Positions 1 to 11,010 are shown, counted from the stretch's first letter. The stretch is DNA of 64,000 nucleotides from Promethearchaeota archaeon (GCA_019058445.1 JAHPZA010000006.1:832001-896000), one strand, 5' to 3'. Made by a program: numbers and translations. Notes: a model not told the origin generated them from the letters alone.

Positions 1-67
1 AAATTTAAGATAAAGATTTATTACTTATAACTGTTAATTAAGAATTAAATTCAATTAATTAAAAGAT

Positions 68-652
68 GTGATATATTTGAATATAGAAGATGCCATCTAT
101 AAAAGACGCACAATCCGAAGATTCAAGCAGGATCCGATCCCCATAAAAACTCTAAAAAAACTCATTGATTATGCCCGTGTTGCTCCTGCTGGGAGTAATA
201 TACAAAGTATTGAATATATTATTATCAATACGCCTGAAATGACAGAAAATGTTTTTCCATTAGTTAAATGGGCCGCGTCACTTCCAAAAAAAGATCGAAA
301 TCCCGAGGTTTTTAGGCGTCCTACTGCATATATCATTGTTCTTGTGAATACAAATATTAAAAAGAACTATTTTGAATATGATATAGGTGCTGCAGTGGAA
401 AACATTCTCTTAGGAGCTATGAAATTCAATATCGGGTCGTGTTGGATGGGATCATTTAATGGAAGAAAAATTAGAAAGCTCCTTAAAATTCCAGATTATT
501 ATGAAATTACACATGTAATAAGTCTAGGGTATCCTGATGAGGAATCAGTCATGGAACTATATAAAGATTCTTTTAAATATTGGAAAGATGAAAACTGGAT
601 TATGCACGTCCCTAAAAGAGCCATAGATGATATAATTTTTAAGATATTATAA
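68..652 (+). CDS. Nitroreductase family protein
   Basis: RRTIRRF, APAGSNIQ and IGSCWMG flavin-binding motifs; 194 aa. Confidence 0.9.
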   Translation: MIYLNIEDAIYKRRTIRRFKQDPIPIKTLKKLIDYARVAPAGSNIQSIEYIIINTPEMTENVFPLVKWAASLPKKDRNPEVFRRPTAYIIVLVNTNIKKNYFEYDIGAAVENILLGAMKFNIGSCWMGSFNGRKIRKLLKIPDYYEITHVISLGYPDEESVMELYKDSFKYWKDENWIMHVPKRAIDDIIFKIL

Positions 653-705
653 AAAATCTTTTTTTAATTAATTTTTCAGCAATTTTTATATAGTAAAAAA
701 TTCAA

Positions 706-1548
706 ATGTATTTTATGAATTTTGAACAATTATTATATGAAGAGAAAGATAAAGTAGCGTGGATTACTTTAAATCGACCAGAAGTTTTAAATGCCTTAAG
801 TATGAATCTTTCTGACGAACTAGTTGAAGCTCTTCAGATTATCCAACAATCAAAAAGATTAAAATTTTTAGTTATCAAAGGTGCAGGAAATAATTTTAGT
901 GTAGGTGATGATATTAAGGAAATGATGAGATGGGGAGATGCAAATGGAATTATGCGAAGAGCAAGGTATTACCAGAATATGGCAAATCAGCTTGAAGAAT
1001 TAGATAAAATTACCATAGCGGCAGTAGATGGCTATGCAGTGGGTGGAGGTTTGGAAATAACTATGGCAGTTGATTTTGTAATTGCGACTGAGCGCGCAAA
1101 ATGGGGTATGCCTGAGGTTGATGTGGGGATTACTCCGGGTTGGGGGGGAACAACAAGGTTAGCCCGACTCATTGGTCGTCGCAGAGCAAAAGAAATCAAT
1201 TTAATTGGAGCATTACATCCTGCTAAACGAGCAGTTGAGTGGAATCTCTGGAATAGAGTTGTTCCAAATGATAAACTTGATGATGAAGTAGAAAAATTAT
1301 TAGAAGTCCTCCATTCTAAAAATCAGCAGGGAGTTCGTCAATTGAAATTCATCATAAACCGCGGTGTTGAATGTGATCTTTATACTGCACAAGGATTTGA
1401 AGCCATATCAGCTGGATTAACAGGTGCAGTTAGTGGGATGTGGAAGATAAAAGATGCCGACCAAGGTAAGGGAGTGGTGGGTTTTTCCAGAAAAGATAGT
1501 CTATGGAATAAGCGTAGAAGTCTTGCAAAAGATTTTTGGACAGATTAA
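706..1548 (+). CDS. Enoyl-CoA hydratase/isomerase family protein
   Basis: TLNRPEVLNAL, AAVDGYAVGGGLE, MPEVDVGITPGWGGT crotonase motifs. Confidence 0.92.
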   Translation: MYFMNFEQLLYEEKDKVAWITLNRPEVLNALSMNLSDELVEALQIIQQSKRLKFLVIKGAGNNFSVGDDIKEMMRWGDANGIMRRARYYQNMANQLEELDKITIAAVDGYAVGGGLEITMAVDFVIATERAKWGMPEVDVGITPGWGGTTRLARLIGRRRAKEINLIGALHPAKRAVEWNLWNRVVPNDKLDDEVEKLLEVLHSKNQQGVRQLKFIINRGVECDLYTAQGFEAISAGLTGAVSGMWKIKDADQGKGVVGFSRKDSLWNKRRSLAKDFWTD

Positions 1549-1720
1549 AAGTTAGGTATTATGGAAGAAAAATTCTTTCTATTAATTGTTTTAAAATAAA
1601 ACTATAAATAGGAGGAGAATTAATTTTTTACCTAAAAGTATATATTATTTTTAATCTATAATTAACAAGGGTTTGAGAATACTTATTAAAATAAATTTGT
1701 AGAGTTTTCATATTTTAGAT

Positions 1721-2527
1721 ATGTCAAATATAAAAAATGAAATTAGGGAAAAGTATAAGGATATATTTGAATACTCATTGGATTTTATATATCTTAACGA
1801 TTTAAAAGGGAATTTTATCGATGCCAATGATATTGCATTAGGAGCTCTAGGATACGAAAGAGACGAGTTATCGAAAATCTCATTTGATGATTTAATCGAT
1901 GAGGATCAAGTGAAAATAGCATTGAATGTTATAAAAGAGATGACTGAAACTGGCAAACAAGCCAAACCGGGTGAATATAAACTTAGGACTAAGGATGGTA
2001 ATTATATTTATATTGAAGCATATTCCATCCCATTGAAAAAAGAAGGAAAAGTACATGCATTTTTAGGATTTGCTAAAAATATTACTGAGCTTAAAATTGC
2101 GGAAAAACACTTAAACGAGGCTATGGAGAGGTATCGGGCTCTTTATGAAAATACACCTTTTGCTATTTTGCTAATTAACTCAAAAGGAGTAATTGAAGAT
2201 TGTAATCCAAGGACCGTCGAATTATTCGGTTATAAAAAAAATGAATTACTCGAAAAAGAATTTAGAACACTCGGAGCTATTCAGTCTAAGGATCTCCCTA
2301 TGCTTCTGGATCTCTTTAAGCGCATGGTAAGTGGAGAAATTTTACACAGAGTTGATTTACAATTGAGGAAAAAAGATGGAAACCTAATATGGACAAATCT
2401 TCAGGCTTCTCTCGTTAGGATAGGTAAAGAATTATTTGTCCAAGCAATATTTCATGACATAGATCAACATAAAAAGGAAGATCTCGCTATGCAAGAGGAG
2501 CTTGAAAGATTAAGAAAAAAATTATAA
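1721..2527 (+). CDS. Stand-alone tandem PAS-domain sensor protein
   Basis: Two PAS/PAC units (DLKGNFIDAN...LGYERDEL; NSKGVIEDCN...FGYKKNEL; KDG motifs), short C-terminal coil, no output domain. Confidence 0.85.
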   Translation: MSNIKNEIREKYKDIFEYSLDFIYLNDLKGNFIDANDIALGALGYERDELSKISFDDLIDEDQVKIALNVIKEMTETGKQAKPGEYKLRTKDGNYIYIEAYSIPLKKEGKVHAFLGFAKNITELKIAEKHLNEAMERYRALYENTPFAILLINSKGVIEDCNPRTVELFGYKKNELLEKEFRTLGAIQSKDLPMLLDLFKRMVSGEILHRVDLQLRKKDGNLIWTNLQASLVRIGKELFVQAIFHDIDQHKKEDLAMQEELERLRKKL

Positions 2528-2558
2528 AAAAAATAAGAAAGAATTCAGCTCTATTTAA

Positions 2559-3167
2559 TTACCATATCTCAAATTTTTCATCAAGTTTTGTCCCGTAAAC
2601 CAGTAAGTACGGAATTAACAAATCCCATACACTCTGAAGGGCATTAATTAATATAACCAATACAACCCAATATTCCAAACCTTGAGACCCAAAAAGAGCT
2701 AAATACACAATTATATTTAATATTACCATAACTACTATTCGAAATACTGTCCCTAATACTCCATAAACGATAAATTTCTTTCGATCTTTTAATATTTTAC
2801 TTTTTAATACACCTTCTTCTCGTTTATATAATTTTAACAAGACGATTGGAACAATTATTAAGGATATGGTCGCAGCAAATTTCATTAAAGGGCCAATTGG
2901 AGCAAAAGGATCAAAGGGCATGAGAAGAACCATACCAATGATACAACATAAAATCCCGGCTATAGGACCAAATATTAAAAAGCATGCAACCCATATGATT
3001 GATACTGGATCAAAAAAAGCCATCCCTTCTGGCGTCCTCGGTAAAATGGGAACAAGAAAAACCGAAACAACAAGAGAAAGAGCACTAAAAATAGCTGCTC
3101 CAGCTAATTGTATTGTTAGCTGAGTTCTTTTAGGCATAAAAGTTTCTTTTTCTTCTGAACTAGACAT
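2559..3167 (-). CDS. ECF transporter S-component-like membrane protein
   Basis: AAIFSALS...FFDPVSII...FGPIAG pattern typical of S components; about 6 TM segments. Confidence 0.7.
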   Translation of the reverse strand: MSSSEEKETFMPKRTQLTIQLAGAAIFSALSLVVSVFLVPILPRTPEGMAFFDPVSIIWVACFLIFGPIAGILCCIIGMVLLMPFDPFAPIGPLMKFAATISLIIVPIVLLKLYKREEGVLKSKILKDRKKFIVYGVLGTVFRIVVMVILNIIVYLALFGSQGLEYWVVLVILINALQSVWDLLIPYLLVYGTKLDEKFEIW

Positions 3168-3477
3168 TTTTTATCATATCTACTTAATTTTGAGTGATCT
3201 TTATATAATTATTTGAGAAAACTCAATATCTCACTATTTATAATAGTTTCGAAATAGAATTTATATTTATCTAAGTATTCCATTCATTTAAATTTTTAAA
3301 AATTAAGGAGATATTTAATAATAAATAAAGAAACACCAAGATTTTTATATATACAAATTAAGTTTTGATTGTATATAAAAAAAATCTAAAATCCTCTAAT
3401 TTCAATTTAATTTTAATCTACCCAATTTTGGAGTTATCTTTAATTTATTATAAAAAAATGATATAATATAAAAAGAA

Positions 3478-4269
3478 TTATGATTCCTCTACTGCCTCTA
3501 TTAGTTTTTCAACAGGTTTTTCTGCTTTAGGTGTAATTTTTACCATTACAGCAATTAATAACCACATAAGATAAAGTAAAATAATACCAAGTATCCATTC
3601 CGTACCACCTTCTCCGCTGCCCTCCGCATAAGCCAATTCGATTGCAAACACACCTGCGAGCGCAAAAATAAACAGCATAATAAATCTACCTATAAACATA
3701 TAAAAAATCGTCTTTTTAAGATCATACTTCACCATTCCTAAAGGTACCATAAGTAAAACGTCAGGTAGGGGAGTTAAGCCAAATATAATTATTACGCCGG
3801 GAATTGCTTTTGGTTTGCTTAAGATTATCTGGGCCCATCTATTTTGTACTTCAGGATCATCTTTACTCATGACATATTGTGCACCCTCTCCAATAAAATA
3901 ATCCATTAAGTCTCCCACAGTATTTGCAATGGTAGCAAGAAGTACTAGAAGTAATATTAACCCCCAAGCAGGTAATCCATATGCTTTTATCCACACCGCA
4001 GAAAATAAAGTAATTGGCAATGCATAGGGAATTGGAAATGGAACAAGAGCCCCTAAAAAACACACGAGCATGGTAAATCCCATAGCTATCCATATTGGCA
4101 CTTTTTCAAGTTCACTTGATTCGAAAAAATTCTTAAGAGAAAAATACTCACCAAAATTGGGATTTAATGCGGCTAAAATGGCAATGATAGTGATTGCTAC
4201 AAATAATGCGATAAGAAATACATCAATTTTTTTCAAGGATTTTATATCTTTCATGATCATCAAAACCAT
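3478..4269 (-). CDS. DedA/VTT-family membrane protein
   Basis: PFPIPY, G-D-x3-Y-x-IG, FGLTPLPD, GR motifs of VTT domain. Confidence 0.7.
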   Translation of the reverse strand: MVLMIMKDIKSLKKIDVFLIALFVAITIIAILAALNPNFGEYFSLKNFFESSELEKVPIWIAMGFTMLVCFLGALVPFPIPYALPITLFSAVWIKAYGLPAWGLILLLVLLATIANTVGDLMDYFIGEGAQYVMSKDDPEVQNRWAQIILSKPKAIPGVIIIFGLTPLPDVLLMVPLGMVKYDLKKTIFYMFIGRFIMLFIFALAGVFAIELAYAEGSGEGGTEWILGIILLYLMWLLIAVMVKITPKAEKPVEKLIEAVEES

Positions 4270-4459
4270 AATATAGTAATTTTAGTAATTTATTAACCAG
4301 ATTTTGATTTGTTGTTAAACTAATATCTTTTTTATATTTATTCTTTTTCTTTTCTCCCAAATTAAAGTTTGTACAAAAGATTAAATTTAAAACTAAATTC
4401 TTTTATGTTTTTTTCATAACTTTTATTTAAAAATCAAATGCAGGGGATTTGAGTAAAAG

Positions 4460-5311
4460 ATGACGAATTTATTAGTAAGCTGTCCTTCTTGTTCTGAAAA
4501 GGGATATATTGATGTTTCAGAGGAAAGTTTGAAAGATGTGAAAAGAGGTTTACTAGCAGTCAATATCCCACCAAATGTTATTTGTTCTCATTCTTTTATT
4601 ATATACATTGATAATAATCTGGTAATAAGAGACTATTTCATCGCAGATTACCAATTTCAAATCGAAATTCCGGTACTGGATACTCTTGGAGAGAAAAAGG
4701 ATGTTATCGTTCCAGAAAAATATTTAGTTAACTTAAATTTGATCAAGCTTAATGTTTCTGCGAATTTAATGACTTATATTCTCAAGTCAATTTTTTTAAA
4801 AAAGAAAGTACTAATAATTTCAGAGGAAACATTCTTGAACAACATTATCCTCAATTTCTTCAAGTATATAACACAAGATAATTTCTATTTAGACATCTCT
4901 ATGATTTCTAATGAAAATTATAAACAAGAGAAAAAAAAATATAAAGATTATATGGTTTTTGAGGGTAGTACTATTATCAATAATGTAAAAAAATTAATCA
5001 ATCCAAAGAAATTGGCTATAGAAAAAGATATTGTGCATCGATTTCTTTCCGACATGGACCTAAATTCAAGTTTATTAGTATTAAGAAACGATATTAATAA
5101 AATTTATTTATTTTCAAAATCGATTGTTGACGCAATTAATAGTCTTGATAAGAAAGAGAAAATCAATATATTAAAGATAAATAAAAGCTTGGAAGAGACT
5201 CATAATGTTAAGATAAATAACTTATATCTGGAATTTTTAGTAGATATTGTCAGAAATTATTTTGAGATTAATGTACCGAGTATTTTCGAAAGTTTCCATG
5301 ATTTATTATAA
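4460..5311 (+). CDS. Zn-ribbon + DENN-like hypothetical protein, paralogue 1
   Basis: N-terminal CPSC...RGLLAVN...CSHSF..Y.D.NL.IRDYF; family shared with three neighbours; DENN resemblance is inference. Confidence 0.75.
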   Translation: MTNLLVSCPSCSEKGYIDVSEESLKDVKRGLLAVNIPPNVICSHSFIIYIDNNLVIRDYFIADYQFQIEIPVLDTLGEKKDVIVPEKYLVNLNLIKLNVSANLMTYILKSIFLKKKVLIISEETFLNNIILNFFKYITQDNFYLDISMISNENYKQEKKKYKDYMVFEGSTIINNVKKLINPKKLAIEKDIVHRFLSDMDLNSSLLVLRNDINKIYLFSKSIVDAINSLDKKEKINILKINKSLEETHNVKINNLYLEFLVDIVRNYFEINVPSIFESFHDLL

Positions 5312-5460
5312 CCGATAATTTACCTTGTGTAGAATACATTTAAATTATCGTCTTTTTTTACTTAGATTATTAACATCTATATTAAAAAATAGAGATGAAA
5401 ATGCATTATAAATGGGGGATCCCTCTATAAATCCCTAATTAAGATAATAACCCTAGAAAA

Positions 5461-6300
5461 ATGACACTCCTTCAAGTTGTTTGTCCAAATTGTTCACAGA
5501 GAGGAAATATAGAAATATCTGATGGTGCTTTAAAGAGTGTTTCACGTGGACTCCTTGCTGTGAATGTTCCTGAAGGTACAATTTGTTCTCATTCATTTAT
5601 TACATATATTGACAAAAATTTGAAGATTAGAGATTATTTTATTGCTGATTTCCAATATGAGCTACCTCACATAGGAGAAACTGAGAAGATTAAAGATATC
5701 TCATTTTCAGAGGAAATTGATTTAAGTTTAATTAAGCTAAATTTGCCAGCCAATTTGATTACTTATATGATTAAATCAATTTTAATAAACCAAAAAATAC
5801 TTTATCTCTCATCAGATTCCTTCATGAATCCTCATATGTTAGAATTTTTTCAAATAATAACACAAGACAATTTTAAATCTAATATATCTTTTGAATCTGA
5901 AGAGGATTTCAAAAATAGAAAAAATGAATTAGAAGATTTTATGGTATTTCAGGGAAGTGAAATCATTAATAATGTTAATAATTTATTAAATCCAAAAAAA
6001 CTTAAAGTGGAAAAAAAAATAGTGCAAAATTTTCTTTCTGAAGCAGATGTTAATTCTAGTTTAATACTATTAAAAAATGAACTTCAAAAGGCCTTCATGC
6101 TTTCAAATTCAATAGTAGAAACCATCCAAAAAATGAATAATATTAATAAGCTTAATATTTCTAAACTTGGCAAAAATTTAGAGAAAAGTTATAAATTTAA
6201 AATAAATAATGAATACTTAGATTTTCTACTTGATATAGTTAGAGGTTATTTCGGTATTGATGTACCTAGTCCTGCTGAAAGTTTTTATAAACTATTATAA
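5461..6300 (+). CDS. Zn-ribbon + DENN-like hypothetical protein, paralogue 2
   Basis: CPNC...RGLLAVN...CSHSFITYIDKNLKIRDYF; collinear with paralogue 1. Confidence 0.75.
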   Translation: MTLLQVVCPNCSQRGNIEISDGALKSVSRGLLAVNVPEGTICSHSFITYIDKNLKIRDYFIADFQYELPHIGETEKIKDISFSEEIDLSLIKLNLPANLITYMIKSILINQKILYLSSDSFMNPHMLEFFQIITQDNFKSNISFESEEDFKNRKNELEDFMVFQGSEIINNVNNLLNPKKLKVEKKIVQNFLSEADVNSSLILLKNELQKAFMLSNSIVETIQKMNNINKLNISKLGKNLEKSYKFKINNEYLDFLLDIVRGYFGIDVPSPAESFYKLL

Positions 6301-6480
6301 GGATTAAAATTTCGAATAATAAGCTCCAGATACCTTAAATTCGCTCAATTTTTTCAATTTTCTAACCTAAAAAAAAAGAAATTAATATAAATGATTTATA
6401 TCTTTTTTACTTCTAAAATATATTATAAACCCAGATATACATGAACGGATTATATATTAAAAGCAAAACTAGATAAGCTC

Positions 6481-7326
6481 ATGGTGCAAATATTAATAAG
6501 ATGTCCCGCTTGTAAGGAGAATGGATTTATAGAAGTTGAAGAGAATGCGATGAAAAATGTCACTCGGGGACTTTTAGCGGTAAATATAGAAACTAATACA
6601 ATTTGTGAACATTCTTTTATAGTTTATTTAGATAAAAATCTAAAACTCAGAGATTATTTCATGGCTGACTTTAAGATAAGAATTCCTAAAGTAGCCTCAA
6701 TTGAAAAAAAAAAAGAAATAAAAATTCCTGGTTCTGAAATAATAGATTTAGATTTAATCAAGATTAATATGCCCGCAATACTAATAACTTATATTATAAA
6801 ATCAATCTTATTTAAGAAGAAAGTAATCATTCTTTCAGATGAGTCTTTTTTATATACTCATATTATTAATTTCTTCAATTATATTACTCAAGATTCCTTT
6901 GAAATCGATATCTCTTTAATTTCTAAAGAAGAATATAACCAAAACAAGAAATTATTTAAGAATGATATGGTCTTTGAGGGATCTAAAGTAGTTAATAATG
7001 TGGATAAAATTGTCGACCCAAAAAAATTAAAAGTAGAAAAGAAAATTGTTCAACATTTTATGGCAGAATCAGAACCGTCTACAAGTCTCATTCTTCTTAA
7101 AAACGAATTTCATAAAACATATATTTTATCCAAGACAATTGTGGATTTTATAAAAAGTCATAAGGGAGCAGAAAAATTAAATGCGGCAAAAATTTTAGAA
7201 TTTTTAGAAAAAACTCATGATATTAAAGTAGATACACCATACTTAAATTATTTATTTGAAATTGTAAATCTTTACTTTGAAATTGAGGTTCCTACATTAT
7301 ATGATAGCTTTCTTGGATTCATTTAA
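6481..7326 (+). CDS. Zn-ribbon + DENN-like hypothetical protein, paralogue 3
   Basis: CPAC...RGLLAVN...CEHSFIVYLDKNLKLRDYF. Confidence 0.75.
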   Translation: MVQILIRCPACKENGFIEVEENAMKNVTRGLLAVNIETNTICEHSFIVYLDKNLKLRDYFMADFKIRIPKVASIEKKKEIKIPGSEIIDLDLIKINMPAILITYIIKSILFKKKVIILSDESFLYTHIINFFNYITQDSFEIDISLISKEEYNQNKKLFKNDMVFEGSKVVNNVDKIVDPKKLKVEKKIVQHFMAESEPSTSLILLKNEFHKTYILSKTIVDFIKSHKGAEKLNAAKILEFLEKTHDIKVDTPYLNYLFEIVNLYFEIEVPTLYDSFLGFI

Positions 7327-7356
7327 GATTAATGTATAAGATTTAAAACCTTATAT

Positions 7357-7378
7357 AGTGTATTCATCTAAATACACT
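7357..7378. promoter_or_regulatory. Palindrome AGTGTATT-N6-AATACACT next to a TATA-like box, candidate operator or hairpin
   Basis: Perfect 8-bp inverted repeat directly after TTATATA (7351-7357), upstream of a 7TM gene. Confidence 0.35.
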
Positions 7379-7422
7379 GCTGTATTAAATGAACTATAAA
7401 GAAGTTTTAAATAAGTAATAAT

Positions 7423-8184
7423 ATGATATATTATTATAACTTAAAACCTCTCTATGCAGGTGTTTTAATGGTATTTTTTCAATTATCCATGGGTAGAATT
7501 ATAGCGATATATGTAGCTAATAGTATCATTTTTACATTCTTTATTTTTCTTGCATATAAAATTCTCAAACAAAGTAAAAAAAAGCAAAATGTATACTTTA
7601 GCATGATGTATATTTCAGTTGCGATTGGAATTTTTATAAATTTCATCTATGCTCCCATGACTGACCCAAACCTAATTATTTTCTTAAACTTTCTTACAAA
7701 TTATTTTATTACTCTTGGAACTATATTTCTAACTGTATTTGTATTAATCCTTTTAAAAACCGAGAAAGTTTTTACTACGATAAAACAATTTACTCTCATT
7801 CTTATCTATGCAATATTACTCTTTTTTATGATTGTAATCCCTGATGGCGTTGAAGTAGGGCCACATACCGGATGGTCTCCCCATTGGAGCTGGCCTCTTT
7901 TTATTTATGTAGCAATAGTCATAACATGTATGTCTGTAGGACCATCTCTCATTTATTCTATTAAATTATATAACAAATTCGAGGATGAATTAATAAAAAG
8001 GAAATGGAAATTTTTTATTATCGGGATGAGTGAACTCTTTGCTGTTCTTTATGGAACATTCTTTACCCATGCTCTTAATATTTCTCTAATCAGAAGCATA
8101 TGGGCAATCATTGCACTGATATTATCTCTCACAGGGGCCTATTTAATTTATTATGGTGTAGCTAAAAAATTCAAAACTGATTGA
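7423..8184 (+). CDS. Stand-alone 7TM membrane protein (HisKA_7TM-like)
   Basis: About 7 hydrophobic segments; TGWSPHWSWPLFIYVAI loop shared with 9367-10083; true start probably the internal MVFFQ. Confidence 0.75.
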   Translation: MIYYYNLKPLYAGVLMVFFQLSMGRIIAIYVANSIIFTFFIFLAYKILKQSKKKQNVYFSMMYISVAIGIFINFIYAPMTDPNLIIFLNFLTNYFITLGTIFLTVFVLILLKTEKVFTTIKQFTLILIYAILLFFMIVIPDGVEVGPHTGWSPHWSWPLFIYVAIVITCMSVGPSLIYSIKLYNKFEDELIKRKWKFFIIGMSELFAVLYGTFFTHALNISLIRSIWAIIALILSLTGAYLIYYGVAKKFKTD

Positions 8185-8398
8185 TTAATCTCTTACTGTG
8201 TAGTACTTTTTTTTTCTTTTATTTAATTGTACAACATCATGAGAGTCAATTTTATTTAGTAACAAGAAAAGAATAAAATAAATACAAAAGAATAATCATA
8301 TTAAATTAACAATATTTTGAATATAATTGACGGATTAAGGTCAAAAAAATTTCTAAGAATTGTTGTTGAATAAAATAAATATCAAATTAAGGTAATTA

Positions 8399-9241
8399 AT
8401 GCCACAAATTCAAATTAGATGTCCCTCCTGTAACACGAATGGAATTATAGAGGTAGAGGATAATGCTTTAAAAAATGTTACACGGGGGCTTTTAGCAGTT
8501 TATGTAAAAGTAAATACAATCTGTGAGCACTCATTTATCACATATGTGGATAAAAATTTGAAAATCCGAGATTATTTTATAACTGATTTTCAAATTGAAA
8601 TCCCTGAAAAAATCCCATTTGAAAAAATTGAAGAACAGATTCCTGAATCTAAAATCATTAATTTAGATTTAATTAAACTTAATTTGCCTGCAATATTAAT
8701 TACATATGTTATAAAATCCATTTTTCTTAAGAGGAAAATTGTATTAATTTTTGAAGAGGAATTTCTATATAGCCATATTATAAATTTTTTTAAATATATA
8801 ACCCAAGATTTGTTTGAAATTAATATCTCTATAATCTCTAATGAAGAGTATAACGCAAATTCTAAAACATATAAAGACTTTATGGTGTTCGATGGGAATG
8901 AGATTATAAGAAATGTTAAAAAATCCATAAATCCGAAAAAATTAGCAGTAGAAAAACAAATCGTTTATAATTTTTTTTCTGAAGTTGATGGGGATTCGGC
9001 CCTAATTTTATTACGTAATGATATACAAAGGGCTTTTATGCTTTCAAAAGCTATTGTTGACATTATTCAAAATCAGAAAAGGGATGAAAAAATCAACATC
9101 TTAAAAATTTCAAAAGAATTGGAAGATACATATCAGATAAAACTAGATAGTAAGTATTTAAATCTTTTAATTGAAATTGTAAGATATTATTTTAAAATTG
9201 ATGTTCCTAATATATCTCAAAGTTTTCTTAACTCTATTTAA
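8399..9241 (+). CDS. Zn-ribbon + DENN-like hypothetical protein, paralogue 4
   Basis: CPSC...RGLLAVY...CEHSFITYVDKNLKIRDYF. Confidence 0.75.
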   Translation: MPQIQIRCPSCNTNGIIEVEDNALKNVTRGLLAVYVKVNTICEHSFITYVDKNLKIRDYFITDFQIEIPEKIPFEKIEEQIPESKIINLDLIKLNLPAILITYVIKSIFLKRKIVLIFEEEFLYSHIINFFKYITQDLFEINISIISNEEYNANSKTYKDFMVFDGNEIIRNVKKSINPKKLAVEKQIVYNFFSEVDGDSALILLRNDIQRAFMLSKAIVDIIQNQKRDEKINILKISKELEDTYQIKLDSKYLNLLIEIVRYYFKIDVPNISQSFLNSI

Positions 9242-9366
9242 ACTCTAATTTTTAAAAAGCTACTTAATTTTTTCAAAATTTATCGCGGATAAGAAGAATT
9301 TTATATAAAAGTTCTACAATGCATATATTAATTTCATTTAAATTTATTTCATGGTGATAGATTTTA

Positions 9367-10083
9367 ATGGTATTATGTCAAGTTACTACTGCTCGAATTA
9401 TTCAAGTATATTTAGGTTATGGATCGATTACAGCTTTTTTTCTCTATCTAGCTTATAAAACATTTAAACAAGAAAAAAAAAAGTTAAACCTTGTTTTTAG
9501 TCTTATGTATATATCTACTGCAATCGGAATCATCATAACATTTATTTATGCGCCTATTACAAATCCAGAAATAGCCACAACCATGCATTATATTGCAATT
9601 TATTTTATTATTCTAGCGCCAATCTTCCTCTTACTTTTTACATTAATCTTTTTAAAAACTGAGGAAGTTTTTACAACTAATAAACAGTTTGCTTTAATTA
9701 CGATTTATGCTTTACTCACAGCTATTATATTTCTCATCCCGAATGGAGTCGAGATTAATGAGAGTACTGGTTGGAATCCTCATTGGAGCTGGCCACTTTT
9801 TATTTATGTAGCAATATTATTAACTATGGTTTCTGATGGACCCTCATTATATTATTCATGGATGTTATATAAGAAATTTGATGATGATCAGCTAAAAAGA
9901 AAATGGAAATATGTTATTATAGGGATGAGTGAACTATATACCGTGCAATATGGAACATTTTTAGTACATGCAATTAATAATCCTACTTTACGTACAATAT
10001 TTGCTCCAATTTCATTGATATTATCAATTACTGGTGCTTATCTCATGTATTATGGGTATGCGAAGAGATTTAAACCTAAATAA
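9367..10083 (+). CDS. Stand-alone 7TM membrane protein, paralogue of 7423-8184
   Basis: TGWNPHWSWPLFIYVAI, KRKWK..IIGMSEL, LILS.TGAYL.YYG shared. Confidence 0.75.
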   Translation: MVLCQVTTARIIQVYLGYGSITAFFLYLAYKTFKQEKKKLNLVFSLMYISTAIGIIITFIYAPITNPEIATTMHYIAIYFIILAPIFLLLFTLIFLKTEEVFTTNKQFALITIYALLTAIIFLIPNGVEINESTGWNPHWSWPLFIYVAILLTMVSDGPSLYYSWMLYKKFDDDQLKRKWKYVIIGMSELYTVQYGTFLVHAINNPTLRTIFAPISLILSITGAYLMYYGYAKRFKPK

Positions 10084-10235
10084 GATTAATCTTTTATTTA
10101 ATGATTTTTATAACTTTTTTTTTATGATTCATAATTATCTTCCTTTTTTCTTAAATAATCATAAAGAGTATGGAAAAAGTTTATATATCTCATATTTAAC
10201 TAAATATATAACATTAAAATTGAGGAGGATATTTA

Positions 10236-10976
10236 ATGGCTATTGAACTTACTTTAGAGGATTTTTTACAGGGAAGTTTAGCTTTCATTTTTATCTTAAT
10301 TTCTTTTATTGTAGCAATAAAATTATTGCTGAAATATTTTACACATAAGCAAAGTACGCTACTTTTCGCAGGATTGACATGGATTTTTATGGTATCCCCC
10401 TGGTTTAATACCGGTTTTAATTTCTTATATGTTTTTATAGCAGGAGTGTCAATGTCCGATCAATTATACTTCTTAATAGGTTATTTTTGGATTCCTTTTC
10501 CACTAGTGGCTTGGTTAGCTCTCTACACTGAATTTAAATACCAAAAATATCATAATAAGATAATCATCATTACCATTATTCAGGGTATAATTTATGAAAT
10601 TATCTTTTTTTACTATTTATTCACCGATATATCTGTAATAGCGACAAAGAAAGGTATCTTTAATGATGAGTTAACGACACCATTTCTTATCTATATATTA
10701 GTTATTTTAGTAATTGCAATAATCACAGGATTTTCATTCGGGTTTGAATCTTTTAAATCAACAAATCCAGAAATCAAATTGAAAGGAAAATTCATTTTAG
10801 CGGCTTGGCTCTCCTTCTTTATTGGAGCACTTTTAGATGCGGGACTATTTGCATTTACTACATTTCTTTTGATTCTTGCTAGATTAATTTTGATGTCAAG
10901 TGCTATTGAATTCTATTTTGGATTCTTCTTGCCAAGATGGGTTAAAAAATTATTGATTAAAGAAGAAAATGTCTAA
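10236..10976 (+). CDS. Stand-alone 7TM membrane protein
   Basis: Seven hydrophobic helices, C-terminal FYFGFFLP.WVK; GAGGAGG SD upstream. Confidence 0.75.
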   Translation: MAIELTLEDFLQGSLAFIFILISFIVAIKLLLKYFTHKQSTLLFAGLTWIFMVSPWFNTGFNFLYVFIAGVSMSDQLYFLIGYFWIPFPLVAWLALYTEFKYQKYHNKIIIITIIQGIIYEIIFFYYLFTDISVIATKKGIFNDELTTPFLIYILVILVIAIITGFSFGFESFKSTNPEIKLKGKFILAAWLSFFIGALLDAGLFAFTTFLLILARLILMSSAIEFYFGFFLPRWVKKLLIKEENV

Positions 10977-11010
10977 TTCAATAATTGCAATTTTATTTGC
11001 TTTTAAAATA

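Noticed and set aside
5414-5426. GGGGGATCCCTC palindrome upstream of paralogue 2
   Set aside because: Short, single occurrence, and absent before the other three paralogues.
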